From the NCBI GenBank assembly GCA_963775425.1, contig CAVZJB010000017.1, positions 64,001-128,000 on the forward strand: 64,000 bases of DNA, written 5' to 3'. This document shows positions 28,590 to 42,000 of the stretch, piece by piece. The notes under the pieces are model-generated. The model was given only the letters and a program-made list of their open reading frames with translations. It did no database searches and was not told where the DNA came from. Every line of letters begins with the position of its first letter. Within the stretch, counting starts at the first letter, position 1. This DNA is from an uncultured delta proteobacterium (GTDB lineage Bacteria; Myxococcota; UBA727; VGSZ01). The position numbers were made by a program, and so were the translations under genes.

Positions 28590-29819
28590 TCAGCCGCCGG
28601 TGTGCCGCGCCGGGCGGCGCCGTGCCCCATGCGCGAGGGCGACGATGTGCTCTTCGCGCGGCGCGCCGCCCCGCCAGTCCGGCCGCGGCGCCGACGCCGT
28701 CGCCGTCACCACGAGCCCGGCGCCGGGGGCGAGCGACGCGAGGTGCTCGTTGGCGCGCACGCGCGCGCCCCCAATCTCGCCGTCGCCGACCACGAGGAAC
28801 ACCGCGCCTTTCGGGGCGAGCGACGCCGCGAGCGCGCACAGGACGTCGAGCACCTCCTGATCCCAACGCGCGCGCGCGCCGGCCCCGGTGAGCGTGCGCC
28901 GCGCGCCGATCTCGTCGCGCATCGGGCGCGTGTCGACGCCGAGCCAGGGCGCGCGCAGGGCGTGGTGGCGCGCGTAGTCGTACGTGCCCGCATACGGAGG
29001 CGAGGTGATGACGATGTCCGCCTTGCTCGAGAGCACCCGCGGCAGGCGGCGCGCGTCGTCGAGGAACAGCTCCGGCGCGGGGCTCCGCGCGGGGCACGCC
29101 GCGGCGAGCGCGGCCCAACGCTCCACGAGCTCCGCGCCCTTTTTGTGGAAGATCTCCGTCGGCACGAAGCGGCCGATGCGACGGCCGGCGGCTTCGCGCT
29201 CGTCGGTGTCCGCCCGCTGCTTGCTCACCTTCACGACGATGGCGGACAGCACCACCTCGAGCGCCCGCCGGTCGCGCTCGTCGTCGACCGCCTCGATCTC
29301 CGCGTACAGCCCGGCGAGCTCGCGGAGCACGTGCCCCTCGAAGCGCTCCGCCTGCGCCTTCGACACAGGCGCCCGCCCCGGCGCGCGCGCGCGCACGCGC
29401 TCCTTGCTCCGCGCGACGACGTCGTCGAGCCGCGCGGTGAACGCCTCACGCGATGCGGCGTCCCGCACGTCGGCTTTCACGCGTGCGACGCGGAGCGCCA
29501 CCGGGTTCAAGTCCACGCCCGTCGACGAAAACCCGCGGCGCCGCGCCTCGACGAGCACCGTGCCGCTGCCACAAAAGGGATCCACCACGTGCGGCGTCGA
29601 CGCCGCGCCCGACGCGCCCTCGAAGGGCCACGCGTCGAGCAGCGTCGACGCCACGGCCGGGTGAAGGCGCGCGGGGTACGCGTGGAAGCCGTGCGTGAGC
29701 GTATCGGCGTCCTCGCTCGCCGCCTGATCGAGCGCCTCGAACAGCGCCGCCGCCCACCGCTGCTCGCCGCTGCGGCGCACGGGTCTTTGCAGCGACGACA
29801 GCGCGCGGCGGGTTCCCAC
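28590..29819 (-). CDS. Orphan amino-(N4C/N6A) DNA methyltransferase
   Basis: THGFHAYPA, DPFCGSGT (motif I), ITSPPY (motif IV). Confidence 0.85.
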   Translation of the reverse strand: MGTRRALSSLQRPVRRSGEQRWAAALFEALDQAASEDADTLTHGFHAYPARLHPAVASTLLDAWPFEGASGAASTPHVVDPFCGSGTVLVEARRRGFSSTGVDLNPVALRVARVKADVRDAASREAFTARLDDVVARSKERVRARAPGRAPVSKAQAERFEGHVLRELAGLYAEIEAVDDERDRRALEVVLSAIVVKVSKQRADTDEREAAGRRIGRFVPTEIFHKKGAELVERWAALAAACPARSPAPELFLDDARRLPRVLSSKADIVITSPPYAGTYDYARHHALRAPWLGVDTRPMRDEIGARRTLTGAGARARWDQEVLDVLCALAASLAPKGAVFLVVGDGEIGGARVRANEHLASLAPGAGLVVTATASAPRPDWRGGAPREEHIVALAHGARRRPARHTGG

Positions 29820-29904
29820 CCCGGCATCGTCCCCGAGCCCGGCGCCGCGGGCAAGGGCGCCTCAGGTCACTTGCCGTTCGCCGCTCCGCGGGCGAAAGAG
29901 CGGC

Positions 29905-32900
29905 ATGCGCAAGCTCGCCCTCCTCGTCCTCCCCGCGCTCCTTGGCGCTTCCGCGTGCACCGTCGACCCCACCAACCCGTTCGACCCGGACACGCCGCCC
30001 GAATTCCAGCAGCGCGGCGTCGTCGAGGGGAAGATCCAGGCCGTGCGCTCGCCGGTCGACGGCGTCACCGCGGCGGGCCTGTGCGACGTCGACATCGACG
30101 GCGACCACTCCGGCTTCAGCCTCGCGCTGCGGCCCCTCGTCGACGACCCCACCCTCGGCCTTGGCGTGCAGACGGCCAAGACCAACGCCAACGGCCTCTT
30201 CCAGTTCAACAACGTGCCGCCGGGCCGCTACTCGCTCGAGGTCAGCGGGGACGGCTTCGATCTCCCTCCGCCGCGCGAGCTCACCGTCGATGTCGGCGAG
30301 ATCCTCGACGTCACGCTCTGCGCCATCAACCGCACCGGCCCGCCGCTGCCGTCGCTGGCGCCGCTGCCGTCCTTGCTCGCGGGCACCGACCCCGTCGTCG
30401 TGAGCGTGCTCGCCCCCGTGGACGGCGCCACCTACGAGGCGGTCCAGATCCCCGACGGCGCGGACCCGCTCCCGCCCGTCGCCCTCGAGACCGGCGTCGA
30501 GGGCACGGCCCCAGGCTCGGTCTCCGCGGCGTTGCCGCTCCTCGTCGGTGACGCCACACCGGCGCGGCGGCACTGGCGCATCGAGGTCACGGGCGTCGAC
30601 GCGCTCGGCAACCGCAGCGACGCCGCCGTCGCCGACATCGTGCGCGACGAGATCGCGCCCGCGCCCCCCGAGGGCATCGGCGCCACGGCCGGCCGCGACC
30701 GCGTCACCGTCACCTGGCAGCCCGCGGCGCCCACCGCCGGCGACGACGGCGCCGCCGCCTTCCTGGTCTCCTACGGCGTCGTCGCGCGCGGCCCTTCCGG
30801 CGGCTGCCCGTTCGGCGCCCCCGGCGACGGCAGCTTCGACGGCGCCGCCTTCGCCGTGGAAGGTCCGAGCCCGGTGTTCGCGCCCGGCGACGACCTCACG
30901 CTCTCCGGCCTCCTCCCCGGCACCGATCTCTTCCTCTACGTCGCCGGCGTCGACGCCGCGGGCAACGCGGGCTGCTTCTCGCCGCCGGTGAGGGCCCGCC
31001 CCGACCAGATCACGTTCGTCGCCGAAGGTCGCACGCCCGTCGACAACGCTGCCGGCAGCATCGTCGCCTCCGCGCGCGTCGACGGCGCCCTCGCCCTCGC
31101 CCGCGGCGACGGCGGGCTCACCGTGATCGATCGTCTCGGCGCCTCGCACGACCTCGGCGGCGTCGCCTTCGACGTCGCCCCCTTCGGCCGGGGCTTTGTC
31201 GCCGCGCGCGGCGCGGCCGGCGTGCGGCGCGTGCCGCTCGACGCCGACGGCGTGCCGGGCACGCCCGTCGACGTCACCACCGGTGACGACGTGCGCTCCC
31301 TCGCCGTCCGGCCCGGCCGCGTGATCCTCGGGACCGCCGTCGGCCTCCGCGTGGTCGACCTCGACGACGCCGCGAGCGCCGCCGCCGCGGACGTCGCAGA
31401 CGGCGACGGCGCCGTGGTGCGGATCTTGTCGCGCGGCGATCTGCTCGTGCTCGTTCGCGCGGGCAACGTGCCGAGCGTCGAGGTCGTTCACCGCGCCCAG
31501 CCGTTCACCGCGGTCGCCACGCGCGACGACCTGCCGAGCGCGCCGTCGGCCGCCGCCGTCCTCGACGATCAGCTCTGGCTCGGCTTCGGCGCGCTCGGTG
31601 TGCGGGCCTTCGACCTCGACGCGTGCATCGCCGGCCCGGGCTGCCTGCGCTCGCTCGCGCAGCGCGCGCTGCCGGGGAGCGCCGACGTCGTCGACCTCGT
31701 GCCGTTCGACGACGTCATGCTCGCCGCCGCGCACGGCCTCGACGGCGACAGCATCTTCGCCGTGCAAAAGAGCGCGGCGCTCACGGCGGTGGGCCGCGCC
31801 TCCCTCGACGTGGGGGACGACGTGCAGCGCATCGTCGCGTCCTCCGCCGGCGACGTGTGCGCCGTCGTCGACGGCGCCACCGACGCCGCCGTCTCGTGCT
31901 TCACGAGCGCCAGCCTCCCGCAGCCCGACGGCGAAGTGCGGCTCGCGGGCGGCCGGCGGGTGATCACCGTCCGACCCGAGGGCGCGCGCGGCCACCTGCT
32001 CGAGAGCGACGACACGGGCCAGGCGCTGCTCGCCGAGGTGCGCCTCGCCGACGGAGCGGTCTTGCGAGAGAGCCCCATCGCCGCCGGCCGCGCCCTCGAG
32101 GCCGCGGCGGTCGTCGACGGGCTCGGCCTGTTCGCGCTCGACGACCAGGGCGGCCTCTGGCACGCCAAGGACGGCGAGGACGCCGCCGCCGGCGCCCACC
32201 TCGTCGCCGAGCTCGGCGCCGGCTTCGCGGGCGCGGTCACGGACTTCCCGGCGAGCGGCTACACGGGCTTCCTGGAGACCGACGGACAGGATCTCTGGGC
32301 GGCGCTCGTCGGCGAAGGCTCCGGCGACGCGCACCCCACGGCGCTCTTTCGCATCGCGCTGCGAGAGGACGACGACGGCGCGCTCTCGGCCGCCGTCGCC
32401 GCCGGCGTCGCGGGTCTCGACGTGAAGTCGCTCACGCAATTGCGGCTGCACCGCGGCCGCGGGTACGTCCCCACGCAGCCCTTCGGCGTGCTCGTCTACG
32501 ACCTCGGCGACGGGAGCTCCGCGCCGGCGCTGCTCAGCGCCGAGACGCTCGCGCCCTCCGGGGACGCCGTGGCCACCTTCGCCGCGGATCTCTCGTTTTT
32601 GCCCGTCGTCGGCGGCGCAGCGGGCGACGAAAACGCGCTCATCCCCGGCGTCGACGCCACCGGCGTCGAAGGGTTCTTCGTCCTCGACGACGCCGGCGAG
32701 GTGACGCAGGTGTCGGCGGCGGGCCCGTCGGGCATTCGCTCGATGGATTCCTTCGGACGCTTCGTGGTCGTAGGGACGCAAACGGACGGCGCCTTCGTCA
32801 TCGACGGCGCGACGCTCGCCGCGCCCGCGCTGCAGCCGGTCTTGCAGCTCCCCGACGTCGCCAGCGTCGAGGAGCCGCGCGCCACGGCGCGGGGCGTGCT

Positions 32901-32946
32901 CTTCGCCGACGGCGACGGCGGCGCGGCGTGGATCGTCCTTCGCTGA
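29905..32946 (+). CDS. Large lipoprotein: prealbumin/carboxypeptidase-regulatory-like and FN3-like domains plus beta-propeller repeats
   Basis: LGASAC lipobox followed by NPFDP; TNANGLFQFNNVPPGRYSL; DALGN/DAAGN; LVIVD-like GLTVID, GLRVVD, GVLVYD repeats. Confidence 0.78.
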   Translation: MRKLALLVLPALLGASACTVDPTNPFDPDTPPEFQQRGVVEGKIQAVRSPVDGVTAAGLCDVDIDGDHSGFSLALRPLVDDPTLGLGVQTAKTNANGLFQFNNVPPGRYSLEVSGDGFDLPPPRELTVDVGEILDVTLCAINRTGPPLPSLAPLPSLLAGTDPVVVSVLAPVDGATYEAVQIPDGADPLPPVALETGVEGTAPGSVSAALPLLVGDATPARRHWRIEVTGVDALGNRSDAAVADIVRDEIAPAPPEGIGATAGRDRVTVTWQPAAPTAGDDGAAAFLVSYGVVARGPSGGCPFGAPGDGSFDGAAFAVEGPSPVFAPGDDLTLSGLLPGTDLFLYVAGVDAAGNAGCFSPPVRARPDQITFVAEGRTPVDNAAGSIVASARVDGALALARGDGGLTVIDRLGASHDLGGVAFDVAPFGRGFVAARGAAGVRRVPLDADGVPGTPVDVTTGDDVRSLAVRPGRVILGTAVGLRVVDLDDAASAAAADVADGDGAVVRILSRGDLLVLVRAGNVPSVEVVHRAQPFTAVATRDDLPSAPSAAAVLDDQLWLGFGALGVRAFDLDACIAGPGCLRSLAQRALPGSADVVDLVPFDDVMLAAAHGLDGDSIFAVQKSAALTAVGRASLDVGDDVQRIVASSAGDVCAVVDGATDAAVSCFTSASLPQPDGEVRLAGGRRVITVRPEGARGHLLESDDTGQALLAEVRLADGAVLRESPIAAGRALEAAAVVDGLGLFALDDQGGLWHAKDGEDAAAGAHLVAELGAGFAGAVTDFPASGYTGFLETDGQDLWAALVGEGSGDAHPTALFRIALREDDDGALSAAVAAGVAGLDVKSLTQLRLHRGRGYVPTQPFGVLVYDLGDGSSAPALLSAETLAPSGDAVATFAADLSFLPVVGGAAGDENALIPGVDATGVEGFFVLDDAGEVTQVSAAGPSGIRSMDSFGRFVVVGTQTDGAFVIDGATLAAPALQPVLQLPDVASVEEPRATARGVLFADGDGGAAWIVLR

Positions 32947-33068
32947 GCCCCTGACGCGCGCGCGCCGTGTGTGCGCGGGGGCGACACCGCGCATCGCGGG
33001 GTGTCTCCCTGCGGGCGGCGAGCGCCAGCCGGCCGTACACTGTCCCCCCACTTCCGATCGGGGGGTTC

Positions 33069-36000
33069 GTGAGACTTTGGTCCGGCTTCGCGACGTTCAT
33101 GCTTGCGCTCCCCGCACACGCTCTCACGGTCACCACCCCCGCAACGCAGACGGTCATCGCCGGGTCCACGCTCTCGTTTTCGGTCTCCTCGGACGCGAGC
33201 ACGTCGAGCAACGTCGTGTGGAGCATCCGCCGGGAGATCAAGTCGACGGGCATCGGCTGCCCGCTGCCCGGGACCGGCGGGAGCGTCGTGACCATGATCG
33301 GGGTCGCCATCGCCCCCAACAGCCCCTCGAAGACGGCGACGGTCACGTGGCCTGCCGAGAACACCGCGTACAGCATCGGGACGCACGCATGCTTCAAAGC
33401 CACGGCGTGCGTCGGGAGCACGTGCGCGGCGTCGGCGAACTTCACCATCACCGTGAACAAGTCGAGCAGCGACGAGCGCGCCACTGCGCGGGCGCACAAC
33501 ACGGTGGTGGACGTCGGCTCCCGCGGCGGGACCAAGGTCGCCATCTACGGGCGCCAGACCAGCATCCCCGCCGGCACCTCGGCGTCCAAGGTGCTCGAGC
33601 TCGCGCTCTGCCCGCCCGGCGGCGGCTGCTCGCCGCCGACGCTGCCGTCGTGGATCACGCCGGACGCCGGTGACCGCTACGGCGTGATCGCGACGCCGCC
33701 GTTCGGGACGACGCCGGGGCTGTGGCGCTTCCGCGTGAAGCCGCCCGCCATCACCTCCGAGGCCGAGCCCAACAACACCACGACGGCGGCGGACCCGATC
33801 ACCAGCGGGGTCAACGTCCACGGCAGCCTCTCGGCCATCATCGACAACAACGACCTCTTCTTCGTCGAGGGCGTCAGCGGCCAGACGCTCACCGCGCGGG
33901 AGCTGTCGCCCTGTCCGACGGTTGCCACCACGCTCACCATCCTCGCGTCCAACGGGACCACGTCCCTGGCCTCACGCAGCGTCGCCGCCGGCTCCTGCGG
34001 GTCCGTGTCCGCCACCATGACGTCGAGCTCGCAACACTTCATTCGCATCCACGCCACCGGCGGCACGTCGTACACCCTCCAGGCCACGGGTCCGTCGAGC
34101 CAACCCGCGCCGGGCTCGCGCTTCGTGGACCTGCGGCTCATCCCACCCGATGAGAGCCGGAGCGGCCGCTTCTACAGCAGCGGCGGCGGGTTGAGCTTCG
34201 CGGAGCGCGAAGTCGAGGCGAGCAACGATCAGGTCTCCGAGCCTGTCCACCTCAACCGCGGGCCTCTCCGCGGCGACATCGACCCCGCCGGCGACGTCGA
34301 CACGCTGCAGTTCTACACCGACGCCACCGAGCCGGAGACCTTCACGGTCGTCGCCAACGACGCCGGTCCCTGCCCGGCGTCGCTGAGGCTCAGGATCCGC
34401 GAAAACCAGCAGAGCGGCTTCGTCACGCTCGCGGACAGCGACGCCGCGCCCGGCGCGTGCCCGAGCATCCACGACTTCACCGCCCCGCGCGAGGGCGCCT
34501 ACTACCTCGAGGTCAGCGACGACGGCGGCGGGACCGTCGGCGGTTACCTCATCGTGCGGGGGTTTGCCGACGACGAGGTCGAGCCGAACGGCAGGGTGGG
34601 CAACGCCTCGCCCGCCACACCGGCGGAGAGCCGCATCCCGCGCGGCACGCTCGCCACGGTGTCGGATGTGGACAACTGGGAGATCGGGACCAACGTGCAG
34701 GTCGGAGACCTCATCGCGTCCCGCGCCACCGGCGTCGACGAGGTCTGTCCGGGGACGATGACGCTCAGCCTCGTGTACGACAACAGCTCCGGGAGCTGCG
34801 GCGACGTCGCCGCAGGCGTCGTCGTCCTCGACGCCGTCACCGGCGGCCCCGGAACCTGTCCCTCCTTCGACCTCGACACCGCGCCGTGTTCCGGGAGGTA
34901 CCTCGTCAGGGCGTCCAACGGTCCCGTCGACGACTACCGGCTCATCACCCGCGTGTTCCCCGCCAACCCGCCGGCGCCGAGCGTGACAGACGCCGGCGGC
35001 GTTTTCAGCAGCACGCACGCCCTCACCTACGGCACGTGCGCGTCCGCCGGCGACGAGCTCGGGATTCGCGGTTCCGCGTTCAACGACGTCACGCACGTCG
35101 CCATCTACGACGAGACCAGCAACTCGAGCGCGCCGACCTGCGGAGCGCCGAACGTGAGCGCGGCACGCGACGGTGCGGGCGTCTGTCGCTTCTTCGCGGG
35201 GCAGCCGATCCTCGACGGCAGCAGCCGAGGCATCAGCCGCGTGTACGACGAGGACGGCAACAGCTCCATCCTCTACGCGCCGGAGGCCGGCGAGTTCGGC
35301 GCGCCGGGCTCGCCGCTCCTGAAGAAGTTCCACGTCGTCGGCATGGCGTCCGGCGCGGACCCGCGCGACAACGCCGACGGCTTCTTCGTCACCAACGCGC
35401 TCTCCCTCGGCGACACCACGCTCCACTACAGCGACGCGCGCGGCGGCAACGACATGGAGTACGAGATCACCGACGAGTGCTCCACCTACTGCGGGATGCC
35501 CGGGTGCAACTCTTCGAGCGCCACCGCCTGCGGCGGCAAGGCCGCGTGTGTGGTGGACACGCCCTACCCCGAGGGCTCCCACGTCCGATTCAACCTCAAG
35601 CGCTACAACCGCAACGCCACGATGTCGCTGCAGAGGTGCACCTCCTTCTCCGACACCTCGTGCGGCCAGGGGCTCCTCGGCGCCACGTACACCGCCTCGA
35701 CGGACACGTTCGCGTGGGACGTACCGTCGAACGCAAACACGGCGCAGTATTTCTTCCGCGTTCACGCGCAGGGCGTGAGCACGTTCTCGGAGCCCAACTC
35801 CGACTTCTACTTCGTCGTCCGCACGCAGAACGTCGCCGCGCTCCTCGACACCGGAGCGGATCTCTTTCCTTCGTCGACGCGCATCGACCACCCGGAGAAC
35901 TTCGAGCCAGGGGTCGACACGCGCCTGCTTTTCACCGTGAGCACGCCGGCATCCCGCTCGCTGCTGCCGAACGATCACGTGTTCGTCCGCTACATCGTCG

Positions 36001-39000
36001 ACGCGGACTTCCATGATCCCACGCGGACGTTCAAGGTCGACGTCACCAACCGCGGCAACCAGGCGTCGGGAGCCACGAGCCTCGACGCCTTCCTGGTCGA
36101 TCCCGTCTTCGACGCCTCCGCCAACGTGAGCTATCCGCTGCCGCCCGACGCGGTCCCCTATCGCGCGATCGCCGTCGGCGGGCTCGCCGCCGGCGCCACG
36201 CAGACCGTGAGCTTCTCCCTGGCCGAGAACGACCTCTTCACCCAGGGCGCGCTCACCTCTCGCCCGCGCGCGCTGTACGTGAGCGTGGAGCGCCCCGGCA
36301 ACGAGCCGAAGACCGCCATCGGCAACAACGTCTCCGGCCCCTTCATCTTCGACGAGCAGGCGGGCGGCAGGAACCGCCACCGCGCCAACGACGCCTTCGT
36401 GGAGATCGAGAGCGTGACGCCTGCGGCCCCGAGCTCGGGCGACACCGTGGCCGTCTATGCCGTCGCGGAGTCGCAGCCGTGTCCCCTGTCCCCCCCCGAG
36501 CTCCTCCGCTTGTACGACGACCAGCCCTCGACACCGACGCAGGCGACCCTGAGCTCGGAAGAATTCACCTTGCCGGGCGGCGGCGGCCCCTCGGGCTGCA
36601 CCGCGGGGTTCACGCACGTCTTCGCCGCGGCCAAGCCGGATAACCCCACGAACACGCTGTCCATCCGCGCGTTCATCGACCCGACCGACGTGGTCACCGA
36701 GAGCGACGAAACCAACAACCAGGCGCCGTCGACGGCAAGCGCGTTCCCCCTGGTCGTGCAGAACACGCCGCCGACCTTCGCGTCCTCACCGCCCGTAGCC
36801 ACGCCCCCTGCGCTGGACGCGACGGAGGACCAGACCTACCTGTACGAGGCGGTCCGGATCTTCGACCCCGACCACGTCGACGCCGCGCGCATGACGCTCG
36901 AGGTCGTCGCTGGACCGGTGGGCATGGCGCTCGGTCCGCTGACCGTCCTCGACGACGGCGTGCAAGCGACGCTGTCGTGGGTTCCGACCGACGCACAGGC
37001 GCAGCCGGGGACGCAGAGCGTCACGCTCCGCGGTTGCGACCACGATCCGGTGGTCGGAGGGGTCGGGGCGTGCGCCACGCAGAGCTTCGTCATCACGGTG
37101 AAGCGTGTGGACGATCCGCCGGTGATCACTTCGACCCCGCCCACGTCTCCCCCCGACGGGCTCGTTCATGCCACGGAGGACGTCGCCGTCAGCTACACGA
37201 TGACGGCAAGCGACGAGGAAGGCGCGCCGCTCACGTTCAGCGTCGCTACGCCCCCGCCGCAAAACGGAGGCTTGAACCCGATGACGGTGACGCCGGTGTC
37301 GTCGACGTCCGCGAGCTTCACCTGGACCCCGGGGGATGACGGCGTCGGCATCAAGACGGCCGTCTTGAAGGTCACAGACGGCGTCAACGCCGTCCTGCAG
37401 ACCGTCACCTTCAACGTGGCGAACGTGAACGACGCCCCCGTCGCCGGCGCGGCGGCACCCACCATCGCCACCGAGGACCAGCCCTTCACCGCCACCATGC
37501 CCATCGCGGACGCCGACGTCGACGTCTCCGGCATCGCCCAGGCGTTCGCGTGCACCCTGGTGAACGCACCCGCGTGGGTCTCGGTGACCACCACGAACAC
37601 GGTGCCGCGCCACTGCACGCTCATCGGCACGCCCGCCAACGCCGACACGGGCAGCAACGACTTCACCGTACGCGTGACCGACGACGGCACGCCGGCGCTC
37701 TTCGGGGACCGGGCAGTGAGCATCGACGTGGCCAACGTCAACGACGCGCCTTCACTCGGCGCGCCGTCGTCGACGACCGCGACCCAGGGGCAGCCCTTCG
37801 CGGCGAGCCTCGACGTCAGTGACGCCGACCTCGCCGCGCCGGGCGCCGGCGAGACGTTCTCCTTCGCCCTGACCCAGGGCCCCGCCGGCATGACGCTCGT
37901 GCCCGGAGCAGCGTCCGTCACGCTGGAGTGGACGCCCGGCCCCGGCGACGTGAACCCGCCCACGGTGCCCGTCACGGTCCAGGTGACGGACGCCGGCGGC
38001 CTCAGCAGCTCGCGCAGCTTCACCATCTCCGTCACCAACGTGAACGACGCGCCGGTGCTGCAGGATCCCGCCGACACCACCATCACCGAGGGAGACTCGT
38101 TCAACACGACCCTGGTCGCCGTCGACGCTGACATCGCCGCGGGCCTCGACGACACCCTGACGTTCTCCATCGTGTCCGGCGCGCCGCCCGGCATGACCGT
38201 CGACGCCGCCACCGGCGCCGTCGCGCTCGGCCCCACGGACGACGCACAGGTGGGCAGCTTCACGGTCACCGTCCGCGTGCGCGACGCCGCCGACACCGGC
38301 ACCGACCAGAGCTTCGTCCTCACGGTGCAAAACGTCGAGGAGCCACCGGTGCTCGACGCCTTGACCGACGAGAGCACCGACGAGGACGCGCCCTACACGC
38401 GCACCGTCACCGCCACGGACCCCGACCCCGGCGCGACGGTCACCTACTCGCTCACGTCGCCGCCGGCGGGCATGACCATCGACGCCGTCTCGGGGGTCAT
38501 CGGCTACACGCCCGACAACGCCGCCGTCGGCGACCACGCCATCACCGTCGTCGCCACGGACAACACCGGCCGCACCACCACCGCCGGCTACACGCTGACG
38601 GTGGTCAACGTGAACGACGCACCGGTGATCACGTCTACGCCCGTCACCACGGCCACACAGGACCAACTCTTTACGTACACGCTCACGGCCGTCGACATCG
38701 ACGTCGGCGACACGCTGTCCCTGTCGACCGGATCGTTGCCGGCCTGGCTGTCGTTCAACACGAACACCGGCGTGCTCTCGGGCACGCCCCGCAACGCCGA
38801 CGTCGGTTCCCACGACGTCACACTTGTGGTGAGCGACGGCACGGTCTCGGTGACGCAGCCGTTCTCGATCTCCGTCGCCAACGTCAACGATCCGCCCGTG
38901 CTCGCGCCCATCGGCAACAAAGCAGTGAACGAGAACGCCTCCCTGACGTTCTCGGTCTCCGCCACCGATCCCGATCCGGGCAGCACCGTCACGCTCACGG

Positions 39001-42000
39001 TCACCGGGATACCGCCGGGCGCCGCGTTCGACTCCGGCAGCGGCGTGTTCACGTGGACGCCCACGTCGGCGGACATCGGCAACCACAGCGTCACGTTCGC
39101 GGCCAGCGACGGCGTCCTCGCGGACCAGGAGACCATCAACATCGCCGTGGGCAACGTGAACGACCCGCCCGTCCTCGACCTCATCCCCGATGCGGTCGTC
39201 GACGAGGGCGTCACGCTGTCGTTCACCGTGACCGCCAGCGATCCCGACGGGACCAAGCCGACGCTCAACGCCGTCGGCGGCCCCGGCAACGATCCGCTGC
39301 TCGCGGGCGCCACGTTCGACGCGGGGACCGGCACATTGTCGTGGGCCACCGACTTCGCCGACAGCGGCACGTACTTCGTGACGTTCTCGGCCAGCGACAG
39401 CGAGTTCACCGACACCGAGATCGTCCAGATCACCGTGAACGACGTCAACCGGCCGCCCGTCATCACGTCGACGGCCCCCGCGTCCTCCAACGAGGACGCG
39501 ATCTTCACGTACCAGGCGGCGGGCGCCGATCCCGACGGCGACGGCCTGTCATGGTCGCTCACCACCAAGCCCACCGGCATGAGCGTCGACGGGGCGACGG
39601 GCAAGGTCACGTGGGACCGGCCGCGGCAGGCGGACGTCGGGCCGCACGCGGTGGTGCTCCACGTGAGCGACGGCCGCGGCGGCTCCGCCGATCAACCCTT
39701 CACGCTGACCATCGCGAACGTGAACGACGCGCCGGTGTTCACGTCGACGCCGCCGCTCGGCGCGAGCGAGGACAGCCCGTACTCGTACACGGCCGCCGCC
39801 ACCGACGAAGACCCGGGAACGACGCTCACCTTCAGCGCTCCGGTCCTCCCGGCCTGGCTGGCGTTCGACGCGGCCACGCGCGCGCTCTCCGGGACGCCCG
39901 CGCAGACGGACGTCGGCGGCAACGATGTGGTGCTGCGGGTGAGCGACGGCGTCGTCGACGTCGACCAGGCCTTCACCATCGCCGTCGCCGCGGTGAACGA
40001 CCCGCCCGTCTTCACGGCACCCACGCCGTCAGGCACGGTGAACGGCAGCGAGGGCGCGCTCCTCACCTTCACCCTCGCCGCCGCCGACCCGGACAGCGCG
40101 AACCTCGCCTTCTCCATGACCGGGCTGCCCGCCGGGGCGTCGCTCGACGCGTCCACCGGCGCGTTCGCGTGGACGCCCTCGTTCACCGACGCCGGCACGC
40201 GCAACGTCACGCTCGTGGTCAGCGACGGCGCGCTGCAGGACACGCGCCCCTTGACGCTCGTCATCGCGAACACCGATCGGCCGCCGGTGGTCACCGCGCC
40301 GGCCACGGCGTCGGGCGCCGAGGGCACGCTCATCAGCTTCAGCGCGAGCGGCTCCGATCCCGACGGGGACGCCGTCACCTTGTCGCTCCTCTCCGCTCCC
40401 GCGGGCGCCGCCTTCGACGCGGCCACCGGCGTGTTCTCGTTCACGCCGGACTTCACCCAGTCGGGCACGCAGACGGCCACGTTCCGCGCGACCGCCGGCG
40501 GCCTCACGGGCGACGCGACGACCACGATCACGGTCACCGACGTCAACCGGCCTCCGGTCGTCACCTCCACCGCGCCCACCAACGCCGACGAAGACGCGCT
40601 CCTCACGTACACCGTCACGGCCAGCGATCCCGACGGTGACGCGCCGCTCACCTTCGCGCTCACGGTGGGCCCGTCCAACGCGGTGCTCGGCCCGACGTCG
40701 CCCGTTTCGCCGACGGCGGCGCTCCTGTCCTGGACCCCGACGCAGGTCCAGGTGGGGACCAAGCAATTCGAGATCCGCGTCAGCGACGGCCGCGGCGGCG
40801 TCGTCAACCACGACTTCGCCGTCGTCGTCGCCAACGTGAACGACGCCCCGGTCTTCGTCTCCGCGGCGCCCACGGCCGCGACGCAGGACGTCCCCTACAC
40901 GTACGCGCCCAGCGTCGTCGACGAAGACGGCGACGCGCTCGCGTTCAGCCTCCCCACGGCGCCTGTGGGTATGACCGTGAACGCGGCCACCGGCGCGCTC
41001 GCATACGCCCCGCGCAACGCGGACGTCGGCAGCCACGACGTCGTGCTGGTCGCGGACGACGGGCACGGCGGGAGCGCCACGCAGAGCTTCACTATCGTGG
41101 TCGCCAACGTGAACGACGCTCCGGTGTTCGCGGCCAGCCCGGCTCCGGCCGGCGCCGTGCTCCAGGACGAGACCTTCTCGTTCACGCCGTCGGTGAGCGA
41201 CCCCGACCCAGGCGACACGGTCACGCTCGGCCTCGTGTCCCCGCCCTCAGGCATGACCCTGGTGAACGGCGCCGGCAACGCGAGTGGTCCGCTCGACACC
41301 GTGACGTGGACGCCGACCAACGACGACGTCGGCGTGCGCACGGGCCTCGTGCTCCGCGCCACCGATCCGCACGGCGCCACCACCGATCTCACCTTCGACC
41401 TCACCGTCGTCAACGTGAACGACCCGCCCTTCTTCGTCACGGCCCCCATCGACGCCGCCGTCACCGAGGACGCGCTGTTCGCCGCCGACGTGTTGGCCGA
41501 CGACATCGATCTCGGCGATCCGCTGGTCTACACGCTCATCGCCGCGCCCCCGCGCGCGTCCATCGACGCCGACACCGGCGCGCTCACCTTCACGCCCGAC
41601 GACGCCGACACGGGCAGCGCGTCCCCGGTCACCTTCACGGTGCGCGCGGAAGACCTCGCCGGCGCGTTCGTCGAGCAGACCGCGCGCTTCACCGTCACCG
41701 CCGTGAACAATCCTCCGGTGCTCGCGCCCATCTCCGACGTGCAGGTGCAGCCCGGCGACACCGTCACCATCACCCTGTCGGCCACGGACCCCGACGGCCC
41801 CGTGCAGACCTTCATCGCCACGGCCTCCGACGGCGGCCCGCTGCCCGCGGGCGCGTCGCTCACCGGCAACGTCTTTTCGTGGCTCACCGACAGCGGCGAC
41901 CTCGGCGTCTTCAATCTCACGTTCAAGGTCTCCGACTCCGTCGCCGTGGACAGCCAGAACGTCACCGTCATCGTCGGCGACGGCGGGTTGCCGCCGGTGC

